From: the human T2T-CHM13v2.0 reference genome, Homo sapiens | Length of the DNA stretch: 64,000 nt | NCBI RefSeq assembly: GCF_009914755.1 | Contig: NC_060939.1 | Reading direction: 5' to 3' (one strand) | Part shown: one piece after another, positions 1-13,442 of the stretch | Numbering within the stretch: the stretch's first letter is position 1 | How the letters are laid out: each line of letters opens with the position of its first letter | The notes under the pieces: generated by a model | Told to the model about the DNA's origin: nothing | Seen by the model: the letters and a program-made list of their open reading frames with translations, nothing else | Databases searched by the model: none | Program-made: the position numbers and the translations under genes

Positions 1-529
1 CATTCTAAAAGGCACTGAAGTTGGACTAAAACCAAAATGCTTCCTGATGCAATTATTTTACATTAAGATACAAATATTCCTAACATAGAAGCTCAGTTCC
101 CAAATGCTCATTGTTTAGAAAACAAAATACACATTGAGCTCTAATAAAAATGCTTCCCTCCCTCGTTCTTTTATCATTCTTTTCCAGCAGAATCCAATGA
201 ACATGATTAATATACAATTTAGTGGGGATTTGGCCACAGTCCAAATATACACTAACCAGGGGGAACCAGGGACATGATACTGTGCTGACTCCACAGAAAT
301 CCCCTTTGCTCCTATTAAGAAGAGTTGAATAAGGAGTTAAGGATGAGCAGCTACATTTTTTCCAGATGTATTAGGAAATAGCATGTTCGTGAATACAAAT
401 ACACCTGGAAGTGGTCACCTATGAAGGTCTTAAAGACTACATTCATGTGCAGCCTTGACTAAAGGCAGACTAATGAACCAGATGACTATGATTGTTGGCA
501 TTCTTCAAAAGCCATCATAGCCAGCAGTT

Positions 530-775
530 TGAGGCTTACAATGTGCTGTCTAAGTGCTTTCCAAACACAGTTCTGAATGCATTCCCCACATTAACTAAGG
601 TAAGCCTCACAACAAACCCATCCATTAGACTAACATCACCCCCATTTTGCAGATGGAGAATCCAAGGCACAGAGGAGTTAAGTACTCTTCCAAAAGTCAC
701 TCAGCCATGAAGTGGCAGAGCTGGGGGTTGAATTCAGTCAGTTTGGTTCTAGGGCCTTGAACTTAACCCCCGCAT
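530..775 (-). mobile_element. MIR SINE
   Basis: Reverse complement of the MIR core (CCCATTTTGCAGATGGAGAA..GGCACAGAG..GTTAAGT..GTGGCAGAGCTGGG). Ends approximate. Confidence 0.85.
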
Positions 776-1954
776 TACACATTACTCTGTGGAAACTTTG
801 CTGCTGTAGACAAAGAAATTTATACTTCTTGAAGGTGGGTTTTTAAAAATATGGCAAGGGCAGATGGAGGAGGGGGTTTGGGATAGTTTGGCCTTCTGCC
901 TAGAATTAAACATTCGCTAATTTTCTTTTGCTCTCTCCTGTTTCTAAGTAAATTGCTCTACACACTTATTTTATTATCATTATTTCTATCTGACATGCTA
1001 TGCAAGAACATCATGATTTAAAATATCTTAATAACAACCCAAAGAAAGGGACTTAAAAGTAATGTTCAGAGAGAAAACAGATGGCCACCAAGTGCAAATT
1101 CTGAATTCTTATATTTTTATAAGAGGAGTAGATGTGGTTGGTAAAAGGTTATGCTAATAAGCAAAATGTTCTTGTATTGTTATGAGCTTATTATTTAAAA
1201 ATCATTCTGAGATTTTTAAAGTGTTAAAATAGTAACCAAAGTAGATATTGGCAAACTAAACTCCAATTCTTCCTGAAGAAAATAATCTGATTTAAGCAGA
1301 TTCTTGAGAATCAGTTTAAAACCCAAAGATTAAATGTCAGGATCTACAGGATGGAACAAGTTCTATTCATTTAAGGTAGATGCTATTAGCTTATATGTGA
1401 AGATATCAACACACTGTGTAAACCTGGACCCCACAGTGGAGCTATTTTTAAATCCCTAACTTCCTGGGGAAAAGCTCAGTAAATAGGGCCAGGAAACTTG
1501 AATCCAGGATCCAAACACTAAAGGCCTTTCTTGGACACCTTTGAACTCTGTCTTGCAATATTCCCAAGTCTGTAATTGCTGGCTGGACTCTCAACTTCAT
1601 AGAAGGTCATGTCCTAGTTCCAGCGCCCCACTGTCCTTTTCTTCACCCTTTTCTGAATGACAACTGTTTCCTTCCGTTTTGGCTGTGGAAATAGTGGTTT
1701 GGGATTTTAAAAAAAGATAAGCAATCTCTAAAATCCCCTACATAATTCTACCATCAGGATTTATTCCTATTCCTGGTCTGGCCTTGTTGGCGTTATCCTC
1801 CTAATCCAGCTGTGGTGATGTATTGTACTGGCTGCCTGCCACACGCAAAAGCCTACCTCGGGACATCCTGCTAGAGGCAAAAGGCCAATCTGGCCTGTTT
1901 CTCAGTAGTTGGATTGACAAGCTGATACCCCGAGGACAATGATAATAGTCTATG

Positions 1955-2085
1955 TGTTTATATTTAGAAACACACATACTCTACACATGTGCTTATGTTG
2001 TGTGCATGTATATACATATACACACGTCTGTGCCATATATGCTGTCAGCTCCATCTGTGTGTGTGTATACATACATATACATGTG
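1955..2085. repeat. Degenerate (CA/TG/TA)n low-complexity tract
   Basis: Alternating purine-pyrimidine runs such as ACACACATAC, GTATATACATATACACAC and GTGTGTGTATACATAC. Confidence 0.7.
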
Positions 2086-3499
2086 CTCAGATTCCAGATG
2101 TGCTATAAACTTCCTTTTTTAGTCTAATGTGAAATTCATCTGCCTGCAGCCTGCTTTCTGTCCCTCTCAGTCTAAAAAGATGTTGTTCAATCTTCAGTGT
2201 ACTCTCAGCACTACTCTGCCCTTCTTTATTGCATTGACATGTTTTCACTTTGAGAATCCTTAAAGTACTAACACACCTTCTAATATGCAAGTGGCAAGCA
2301 TAGTAATGTTAAACATTATGCTTTGTGTTTCTTGGTTACCTATTCACACATCATTTTACTTTTATAAGCAAGTAGAGGAAATACCATTCCAAATAGATAT
2401 CAACATAAACCTTAAACTTCCAGACCTTGAGGTTTAGCATGGATTTGCCTCTACTCTATAAATCACTGTCCTAGATTCTACTAAATCTAGCTAAGCAAGC
2501 TATATCAATATTTTGTCTGACAACACAGACACAGTTTGGAAACAAGTGAAGGAAAAAAAAGGTTACAAGTCCTGGAGATTCTTGGACGTTTCTCTAAATC
2601 TCCTATGCAATTAGAGAAAGCAAATTTGGATGGATTTTAACAGATTAAAAAGAGAATTGTAATGAAGCCAGGATTTCCTCTTGAAGAATTTTTATTCAAA
2701 AAGTGTCTGGGATAACTGTGCACTAAGACAGCAATGCGTGCTTTAAATAAAAAAAAAAAAAATAGTTAAAGCAAAGGTTAGGGCCGGAAAATGGACTAAC
2801 ATCTAAAATAGATCTTTTTTGATAAAGAGGAGATTATTTAAAGGCATAAATAAGTACTGTAAATATTTTAAATATCAAAATAAGTCAATTAAATAACTTT
2901 AAACATATTATCTGTTCCAAGAAATCTGTGCAGTCCAACATGTAGGCTTTCCTCTTTATTGTCTTATTTTAGTGCTTTAAATTTCCCAACTGTTTCTATT
3001 TGAGACTGTAATCTGATAATGAGTCCTTTTGTTCTGGATCTTTTCATGTAGAAAACATGTACAACAGAATTTTGGCTCCACTAAGCCACCATGTTTGAAT
3101 CTCATCCATGTGCCATTTTTCATTTCAGTGACAAAATGATACATACAGGTTATTATGAATGGAATTTCATTCAAATAGCATTTAAGGTCATTGTGCACAA
3201 AATAGGCCTTAGTTTGAGATGGAGTCAGAATAAGAAATTCTATTTTAGCAAGAAAAACTGAAAGCAATTTGAGGACAATTAAAAATGAACGTACAAATAA
3301 GCCCCTATATTTGAGTACAATAGAAGCATAAAATACAAGAATGATCAAAAGAGTGAGTTGGGGGAACTTGGAGAATGTGAGATTTTTGATTTAGGCATTA
3401 TATCCTAGTGATCTCCATTCTCTGCTATGGTAATTGTCTGTAAAATAGGAAGGCCTCTCATTTAATTTTATACAGTGAACTAAAATTCACACTTCCAGT

Positions 3500-3750
3500 G
3501 CCAATTCAGATGTTATCTTCTCTGAAATGCCTTTCTGACCCTCCAGTGGAGAAAATCTTTCCCTCCTTGGTGCTATTTCTGTGCTTGATGCATGCATCCA
3601 TGTTTGCACTAATGGTTAGTCGTCATTTTGCTGCTGTTGTTTTACTCTTCTTAACTGTGAACACTTTGAGGTTAGAAACTATCTGAGTACAGAACCCTGT
3701 ACTGTGTCTTACTCAAAATAAATGTTTTATGACTTGGTGAGTGATGAATG
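3500..3750 (+). mobile_element. L2 LINE 3' end fragment
   Basis: L2-like 'tgttatcttctctgaaatgcctttctgacc' followed by a degenerate 'ctcaaaataaatgttt..gaatg' tail. Confidence 0.55.
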
Positions 3751-4899
3751 GCTGGTTGATAGGTAACAATATTAAACAGAATGCTTGACACTAAATGTGA
3801 GAATACTGTGTTAAGACATTTCTTATCAGCTCTTCCACTATGGCTTCACTTAATTCCCCTTTCCCGTCAAGTGGCATTAGGAATAATTCTGAATAACACT
3901 TCTTTAAAAAGTTTCTTTTTCCCTCCAAGTGGAATTAAGAATAAGGAAGGATTCTGAGTGACATTTTTAATGTTTTTTTAAAAATACGTCACATAAGGCA
4001 TTATTAAATAACTGAAAAGATTTCATGCTCTTGAAAGTAAATCTCTGCTGTGAAATAGGGACCCACCTGGGAATGTTAATGGCCAGGTGAGAACTCTCCA
4101 GGATCTGCTGAATAGAGAACTTTGATAAGTTGAATAGGTGCTGTGAAATCTAAACTATATCAGTAATGTTTAGAATATATCAAGTCTGAAATATATCAAG
4201 TTTTCCCTAGCCCGAATTAATAGTTTATTCATGACATCTGCCATAGCCAAAAACTTCCAGCTGATCTCTAATTAAAACTGGTCCCCCACCAAAAAAAATC
4301 ACTAATTTGGGGTCTGATTTTTGAAGTGGTATATAGAGCTTTAACAGGGTTAAATAACCTGATTTTGACTTTTTTTTTCCTAAGAGACTAAAGGTTTTGA
4401 GAGTATTTACAATATCCATGTATATATATTTAAAATACAGTTTATAAAATATTCTTATCCAATATATTTGCTGCAATTTGGAAAAATATTGTGAGCATTT
4501 TACTTGTGGTATTCTGGAATTTCACTACTATTGCAATTGCCCCTGATCAAAACAAATATTTCACTCCCATTTATCAAAGAACTGCATTTCACCCAATGTT
4601 GTACAGGAGTTAGCTGAAAAATTAACTAGACGCTAAGTCTTCCTTCCAACAAAACACTCCATTATAGGACATTTGATCTTCTGCTATGGTTGGTCATCTT
4701 ACAGCTACAAGAAATTAATCTGTGATGGAATATTTTGAAATTGTTTCCAAATAGAAAAAGAAATTAAAAAAAAATTGGGGAATCAACTTTATTAGGTTCT
4801 CAACACTGCCTGCCAGCTCAATCTTCTTTTTTCTTTATAACTATCTCAAGTTTCCACTACTTTCTTCAAGCCTATACTCCACAACCTCTCTTTGCAAAA

Positions 4900-5760
4900 A
4901 ATATGTGAAAACATTCCGCCAAATTTACAGACATCCTGTTCCTTTCACCTCTTTTAACTTGATGTAAGAAGACTGCATCCTCTTACTCAAGGCACAGATG
5001 GCTAACTACCCTGCACATTCCAAGCCTAGCCCTACCCTCCTCCTCAGTTCCCTCAAAGACTTCTATCAGAGTCCAGATTGGATTTATCTTCAGCTTCAAC
5101 CTCTTCCCCATATTGATGTCTTCATGTCTTTCAAACTTTAAAAATCTACCTGCTGCACAACCACTCCACTATCTTCACAGTTAACGTATTTGAAAGAATG
5201 GTGTCTATCACTGCTCCTAACTTACCACCTAATTTTTCCTGAAACACATTACACTATGATTTCTCATACCAGTAATCAAAAAAAAAAATCACTGCCTTGC
5301 CACCCGATAAATACAATGGAGACTTTTCAAGTATCTCGTCGGATTGTAATTGAATTAGATAAAATTAATCACTCAGTTCTTCCTGAAGACTGTACTTCCA
5401 TTGGCTTTCGTGGCCATGTTGCCACTTTTTCCCAGCTCTTCTCCCACATTTCCAGCTACTTCTCCATGTGTCTTGTGAACTACTTCTCTGCTTGCCTTTT
5501 ATAGGCTGCTCCATCCATGTTTATTTCTTCTTCTCTTCTCTTCTCACTCTACAAGTCATTCTTCAATGAACAGATCCAGTTCAGTGGCTTAGTGAACCAG
5601 TTGATTCCACAAATATATTTGCTGAACATTCTGTATGTGTTAATGAACTCCATATATGCAACTTTATTCCTGACCTCTTTTCTGATCTCTAATCCATATT
5701 CATATCATAGTCAGCCTATTTCATAACACCATAAGAAGGACCCACAGACACCTCAAGTTG
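4900..5760 (+). mobile_element. L2 LINE internal fragment (degenerate RT region)
   Basis: Pyrimidine-rich L2 ORF2-like stretch 'cactcagttcttcctgaagactgtacttccattggctttcgtggcc..ttctcccacatttccagctacttctcc'. Confidence 0.65.
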
Positions 5761-6047
5761 GTGAGCTCTTGATAAACGTAGGCACAGAATAAAGAACCAA
5801 TGACTGACTAGTGAAAAATCAGTGAATTTCTCCTGAATCTGCCCAGAAATTTCAGAAACAAGTGCTTTTTCTGAAAACTCAGAATCAAAAGAGAATCCAT
5901 ACATCTGAAAAAGAGAAAGGCAAAGTATATATGTAAATGTTTAGTTGTGATTAAGCAAGCACTCAAATGAACACTTAATATGCATATTCCATAGCCTGTC
6001 AGTTCCCTATGCCATCTCTTGCCAGTTAGGTGATCATGGATAAAGGT

Positions 6048-6140
6048 CTTCATGTATTTATCCAACAGTATTTGTTGAATGTTTATTATATGCCTGGCAT
6101 TGTTTTAATGCTGGGGGACATATTATTGAACAAAATTCCC
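6048..6140 (-). mobile_element. L2 3' end fragment
   Basis: 'caacagtatttgttgaatgtttattatatgcctggcattgttttaatgctggggga' is the antisense L2 tail. Confidence 0.7.
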
Positions 6141-6154
6141 ATTATCATATTCAA

Positions 6155-6298
6155 CTTCAGTTGCTTATTTGTAAAAAATAAATAATATCTACTTCATAGA
6201 GTTTTGTGACGATAAAATGAGAAATAGTATGTGAGGTTCACCTAACACAATGATGGTAATTAAGCAGGTTCTCAGTAAATGGTATCTTGATTACTACT
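6155..6298 (+). mobile_element. MIR fragment
   Basis: 'cttcagttgcttatttgtaaaa..tacttcatagagttttgtgacgataaaatgaga..ctcagtaaatggta'. Confidence 0.7.
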
Positions 6299-6599
6299 AG
6301 ATTTCACCTATGCAATTTTAATAACTTTGACCTTAGACAACAAAAAGAATCCTAACATCACCAGGGTTTTAAGAGCTTCAGAATTGAATAACAAGTATCA
6401 GGCTTTTGGGGACAGCTGGTTGGATGGACACACTGAAGTGTAGTGGAGAGAGAAATATCACTGGATTTTGGTGTTTATTTAAGAAACTCAAGCCTTCTTC
6501 TCTTTACTTTCTATTTCTAGCCTAGAATTTTAAGTAATAGTTATAATAATTATGTAATAATGCCTTCTACTTATTATTCATATTTGATATGTCTTACCT

Positions 6600-6790
6600 T
6601 TTTTTAGATTGTCTCTCATACATGATAGAACCTATAAGGAATTAGTACTCTTACTGATTATTACTATTTTATATGAGAGAAAATCAGGTTCAAAGAGGTT
6701 GATCAATGAATGAATGCCACATTTAATCCATGCACGGGTAAGACTGGAGTCTGGCTGCTCTGCCTCAGAGTCTGTGTTTTTCTATGACTC
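6600..6790 (-). mobile_element. MIR fragment
   Basis: Antisense core 'attttatatgagagaaaatcaggttcaaagaggtt'. Confidence 0.55.
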
Positions 6791-8130
6791 TCACACATCT
6801 CTCACACATCTTTATTTGGTTTAAGGGCCCAATTCTGATACACTCTGTTGTTAATTGTTTTATGGTGTGTGTGTGCTAATGGGCCACAACCAGGAGGCCA
6901 AGGTTCAGGCAGGCCAAGGCCTAGTGAGCTCGCTTACCTCTAGTCTAATCTGTTTCCAAGCCCTCCTGATAAGCCTGTCCTGGATTGTTCCATTTGCTTT
7001 AATGTTCTATTAAAACCTTCTGAATCTTGTGCCCTGGTGGCTCGGATTAACTAGGTCATGGAAGTTCTAGGAAACAGCCCTTCACCTTTTATCTTATGGC
7101 CAGTTTCAACCTTTTCAATAATAGTAAGCACCATCCAAGAGGCTGATTCAGGGTTATGATGTTAGTCTCTGTTCTGGGTGAGGGCTGGTACAATAGCCTA
7201 GCCCCTAGCTCCAAACAGCGTTCTTAGACCTCACTTCCTTGAAATTCTCCAGGGCATGTTTCTCCAGGTCCCCTGCTTTCTGTACTCTTGGTATCCCTGA
7301 ACTTTGACTCCACTAGGCCTTGACCTACGTGAACCCTGGAGTCCTGAACCTACTTCCTCACTATCATCTACCAGCATGCACAGCTTAACCCTTTCATTCG
7401 TAATCCATCACTCTTTGCAAACATGGGTCACAAATCTGACAGCTGAAACATCTCACTCAGAGTTTTGATTCTTTCATGGTTTAGAAATTTTTGTTAAGGT
7501 GTAATTTCTTTTGTATGTTGACTTGAGAAATGATGTATTAAAAAGGACAAACCAAATTAACACGTATTTATTTTTATAAGGTAAGTTATACATGTTGGAT
7601 ATGCATTTTCAACATTTATGGTAACTAAAGTAGAATATAATAACTGCTAGCATTTTCCTATGAGAAATCTCGCAGACATCTGAGACCGAAGTTCATAAGG
7701 CATTTATTTACAAAATGCTCCATCAGTAGTCCCTTTTGTGTAAATTTAATAAATAGATTTGAAAAGTTAATAAAACCGTTATTTTAATAAACATATTTTA
7801 TAATATAGAACTTGCTGTAATATGTTGTTTTAAAATGTAGCTTCTTTAGATGTTGTAGGTAGGAAGACTCTAAGAGAAGAGATAAAGTCTAAGAGATCTG
7901 AACGTTTGTTAAGCTACCTCCTGATAAATTCCTGGGTTACAGAAATTTGATGAGAAATAGTTGAAAATATATGTTTTAGTCACAATCAACAACTACTTAT
8001 GTTTAAGAATTTTCATTAATGTTTATAGAAAATAGTCTAAATGTCCAACAATTGGAACATTTTGTGTTTTCAATGGAAATTTCATATCAATGACTTTTTT
8101 TCTTCTATGTTTTTTGCATTTTTAAAATTT

Positions 8131-8257
8131 TTATATATCTATTTTTGTAGAGACAGGGTCTCACTCTGTTGCCCAGGATGGTCCCAAACTCTTAAAATCT
8201 TCCCACCTTAGCCTCCCAAAGTGCTAGGATTACAGATGTGACGAAACTTGCCCAGCC
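8131..8257 (-). mobile_element. Alu left monomer (FLAM-like)
   Basis: 'gtagagacagggtctcactctgttgcccagg..gcctcccaaagtgctaggattacag..cccagcc', flanked by the direct repeat TTTTTGCATTTTT(A/G)AAATTT. Confidence 0.85.
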
Positions 8258-9809
8258 ATTTTTTGCATTTTTGAAATTTTCTGCAGAGCAGACAAAACAC
8301 TGTGGGTAGGTATTAAAGCATAGTGCCCAGCAATGAATGTTTCTTTGCTTAGTAATTTGAGGGATTTTTCAGCGTGGGGGATAAGGGATAGAAGGAGGCC
8401 AATAGGTATGATCTTATTTATGTAGGAAGACAAAAGAAAACAGAATCTATTTAAGCAAAGATTAGGTGCTTGTTAAAAGCATCTCCATTTGTTCAACAGA
8501 TTTTCATATAAAATTTATCTATCTTCATGTTTCAGCCATAGCTAGTTATCTGGAATTAACATAAAGTCAGCCAAGACTTAGAGAAAAGGTCTGAGATTGT
8601 CTCAGCTGGGTGACAAAATGGGCAAATTAGGATGAGACTTAAAAGAAGCAGAAGGATAAGAAAAGTACAGAAGGAGAGAACAGGATGAGTTATGGAAAAG
8701 TGAAAAAAAATAACCAGATGGTGTGGAGGTTGGCAGAATTCATTTGTTTTAAGTACAATGTATAGCCTGAACTTTCATTGGCTTTGGTGAGCTCCATATT
8801 GCCAATGCAATGTTTGCTTGCATTTATGAAGTTTCCTTTTCTATTGATTCCAGAAATGAATATGAGATTAAATACCAATAATGTTGTAAACTTCAAACCA
8901 TAGGTAAGCTGTAGATTTTTATAAGTAATGTAATTCACCGAAAGAATGCATATTACTAAGAAGCTTCAATCTTAAAATAAAAAGTAAACAATAAAGAAAA
9001 AATAGAACCTTTTTAAAAATCATTTATGTTCATTTTTATAGAGGATCACGAGTTTTGCTTCCTTTAAGGGTCTAAATCATTATAATCCTTCCTTTACTTT
9101 AGAGCAGATATGACATTGTGCAACATTTTATACAGCATCCTGGTTGAATAAAGTTCATAGGATTCAAATCTCAGCAACTATTTGTCTTAAATGCCTATTG
9201 CCTATAGCATAATGTGCTTATATCTGTTTTACACACATGAAAGATATTAGCACATTTGGAGCACATATTTTCATCTGGAAATTCAATAGGCTTCAAGAGG
9301 AATCTAGGTGTATAAGACAAAGACAGAATGGATAGAGGAAGGGAGAAAGAGTTGAGAGGTAAGAATGAACATATTTTTTTTCCAGGAATTTTCACATGGA
9401 GGGTATAATATTATTTTCCTGCTGAGATCTTGTCATCTTGTCTTTTTATTTCATAAACTCTTCAGTCTATTCTAGTTGAATTTTTCTTGGAAGGCCACCC
9501 AGAAGCTCTAACCTGACTGGCAATGGAGAGAACAGCTGATTTAAAGATGGTCTCAGAGAACTCTAAAACAACATAGTTTATACTACAGCATGAGGGATTT
9601 AGGTCATTTAAATGGTAGAGATTACCACCCAGAGGCCTGGAGTGTAAATAAGCTTTCAGACCTTCATTTGCCTTTCAGCTCACCTACACTCTTTATATTA
9701 GTATTAATGAGATGCCACTCCTAATGCAGAGAAATGTTTTTAATGGCTAGGTATGAGTTGATATGTTCCTTGATTTATTTTTCTGAACATGATGATAGGA
9801 GCAGAATTG

Positions 9810-10055
9810 AGTAATGCTTTAAAGTACAGCCTCGGGCTAGACACCTGGGTTCAAATCCTGGCTTGACCACTTAGCTGTGCTTGGACAAAAAAAATTAGCC
9901 TGTGTATGCCTTAGTTTAACTTACGAAAATGGACATCATCAGGATAGTACATATTTAACAAGGGTATTGTGCACGTGAGCTATTAAATGTAAAATACTTG
10001 GAACAGTGAAGGATACATAGAGAATGCTCAGTAAACACTGGCTATTATCATGTTA
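9810..10055 (+). mobile_element. MIR SINE
   Basis: B-box-like 'cctgggttcaaatcctggct..ccacttagctgtg', followed by 'gctcagtaaacactggctattat'. Confidence 0.8.
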
Positions 10056-10929
10056 TTGTGTTTTCCATTCTCTCTCCTGTTTACTTTTATGAACATATCA
10101 TTCATGAGAGCTAGAAATGCAATCTGTGATCACAAGAGTTTGACCCTCCTAGAAAGCACATTTCAGTGAGCACTTTCTCTTCATGATTGAGCTGAGCACC
10201 AGACAACCTGAGAATAAATATCTCAAGCTAGTTTGCATTACCCAAAGGTAGTTGGATAGAAATATTTGAAATTGGATAGAACCTTTGAAAACAAACAAAC
10301 AATTGAGCACTTGATTAGGTCAGAATGTCCCAAGGAAGTAAGACATTTGTCTTGCATATGGCTTCAGAGGAAGCTGGCAGCCATTTTGAAGCCAGGCCCA
10401 ATTTTTCCAGATGGCTCCAGGTCTCAGGGAAGTTGCTGCCATGAGCACATGACTGGCTGCACTGGGAAGCCTCTTTACTGGCTCGGGCCTGTAAGACTAA
10501 CCGTTACTGCCAGCAGTCCACCAATTTTGATTAAGAAAAGTGGATTTTAAATGTATCTGCTTTGGAATATCTAATACATTACAGTTTTTTATGACATAAT
10601 ATGATCATTTTCTTTATCTGTCCTAGAATTTATTTTGTGGCATCTTGTCTATCATTGACTGAGAGCAATAATAAAATAAAATGATCTGTGTCACAATCTC
10701 AGAGAACAGAATACTATTTCTAGAATGTTTGATACCACAAAAGACAGATGAACAGATAAAAGCTAATATTTGTTGAGGGGTAATTATGTGCCATCTATCT
10801 CATTTAATCTTCATAAAAACTCTATGAGAACTAACTGAGGGTGGGAGAGATGAACTGACTGCCTAACTGGTCAAGTAAGTCTGGTTCAGTAGGACACTGA
10901 ATTTTCTGTTTTCATCTTTCGTTTCCCAC

Positions 10930-11270
10930 ACCATCCAACCCATCATCATGTTCGGAGTCCTGGATCTTCAAAAATCACAAACCTAACCACCTTTCACCAC
11001 CCCACCACCACTACACTGGTCTAAGCCCCCACCATCTCTTGCTTGGATTATTACAAGAAGCTTTTGGCTGCTCTCTCTGCTTCTACTATTGCCCCAGCAC
11101 TGCCGCCAACTGTCCTCCCCTGCCACCCCAACCACCACTACAGTCTATTCAGCGCAGAGCACTGGAAGAATCTCATCTCAGTCAAAGCACAAAGTCTTGA
11201 CATTAACCTGAAAGATCCTACATGACCCAACTCCCCTACGTCCTTGACCTCATTCCCTACAACTCTGTCT
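10930..11270 (+). mobile_element. L2 fragment (short antisense MIR just upstream at about 10760-10880)
   Basis: 'ctactacactggtctaagcccccaccatctcttgcttggattattacaagaagctt' is typical L2 sequence. Confidence 0.7.
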
Positions 11271-11929
11271 CACAAATGGCTGCCCTAATTGTCTTAATTC
11301 TAACATATTCCTTTTTATAAATAATATTTAGATTTTTCAGCCAATGGAAATAAAAGGCTAAATCTCTGAAAAATGTCAAAGATTCCATTTCTGATATTAG
11401 ATGAAGACAAGAGGGGGAAGTAAATGAGATCCTTTTTGGAGTAGAAGAGAGAAACAATTTCCCTATACCTTAAAAGAAATAGAGCGGTATTCTTTGAGCT
11501 TTATGCTATAATAAGCTGTCACTCTTTTTAATAATTTAGTGTATTGACTTATTATGAGAGTGGTATATATAAGAAAATTTTCAAAAGTCTCTTTTGCAGT
11601 AAAAAATACTATCTTTATTTTTAATATTGTTTAAATTTGGAGGCCCTACTTCAATATTGCACCACTACTTAGAGTACTTTCATCCTAGAAAATGTCACAG
11701 AAGAATAAACTAGAAAATCCATGGCTCACCCAAAAAGTATTTTCCTAAGAAAACATTAATGTAAACGATGTATAATATCATGACCTGTCTATAATGGCCA
11801 AGAGGATATGGAAGAGGATATAGGATTGAATGAATGAATGAATTATTGGTCTAGGTTTTCCCTCTAAGACAGTAAGTTAGTTTGGCTATCACCATCATTA
11901 CCATTGTCATCTGTCATCATCATTATCAT

Positions 11930-12125
11930 TATAATCACTACTATTTTTTGAATACTTGTTCATCACTGGGCATTGCACTAGATACTTAACAGGTGTTTTA
12001 ATCTTTAATCCTCACAATAATCCTACAATCTCAGAAACCAAGGGTCAGAGAGGACATGTTACACAGCTAGCAAGTGACAGAAATGTATTCAGATTTAATT
12101 ATTTGGCTCTAAAGACTTGATGCAT
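11930..12125 (-). mobile_element. MIR fragment
   Basis: 'tttaatcctcacaataatcct..acacagctagcaagtgacaga'. Confidence 0.7.
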
Positions 12126-12202
12126 CCCATGATTTCATAAGATAAAAAACATTTCATCTTATATATTCTCCAAAGCACCCCAGTGCTAGCTATATTATAA
12201 AT

Positions 12203-12350
12203 TAGCGGTCCCCAACCTTTTTGGGCACCAGGGACAAGTTTCATGGAAGACAATTTTTCCGTGAATTGGGGAGGGGGTCGATGGTTGGGGGATGAAACTG
12301 GTCCACCTCAAACTCAGATCATCAGGCATTAGATTCTCACAAAGAGCACT
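12203..12350. mobile_element. MER1B (hAT-Charlie) first half
   Basis: TIR 'agcggtccccaacc' and 'cagatcatcaggcattagattctca'. Interrupted by an LTR and resumes at 13245. Confidence 0.85.
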
Positions 12351-13244
<894 letters not shown>

Positions 13245-13442
13245 CACGCAACCTAGATCCCTCGCATGTGCAGTTCATAATAGGGTTCGTGCTCTTATGG
13301 GAATCTAAATGCCGAGTTAATCTGACAGGAGGCGGAGCTTAGGCGATAATGCTCTCCCGGCTCTCACCTTCTGCTGTGCAGCCCGGTTCCTAACAGGCTG
13401 TGGACCAGTACCAGTCCGAGGCGCAGGAGTTGGGGACCTCTG
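13245..13442. mobile_element. MER1B second half
   Basis: 'gcaacctagatccctcgcatgtgcagttca..gttggggacctctg' ending in the TIR. Degenerate 8-bp TSD TTATAAAT/CTACAGAT. Confidence 0.85.

Noticed and set aside
4170-6812. Short 10-13-bp local duplications (for example AATATATCAAGT x2 and CTCTCACACAT x2)
   Set aside because: These are ordinary slippage-scale duplications expected at this density.
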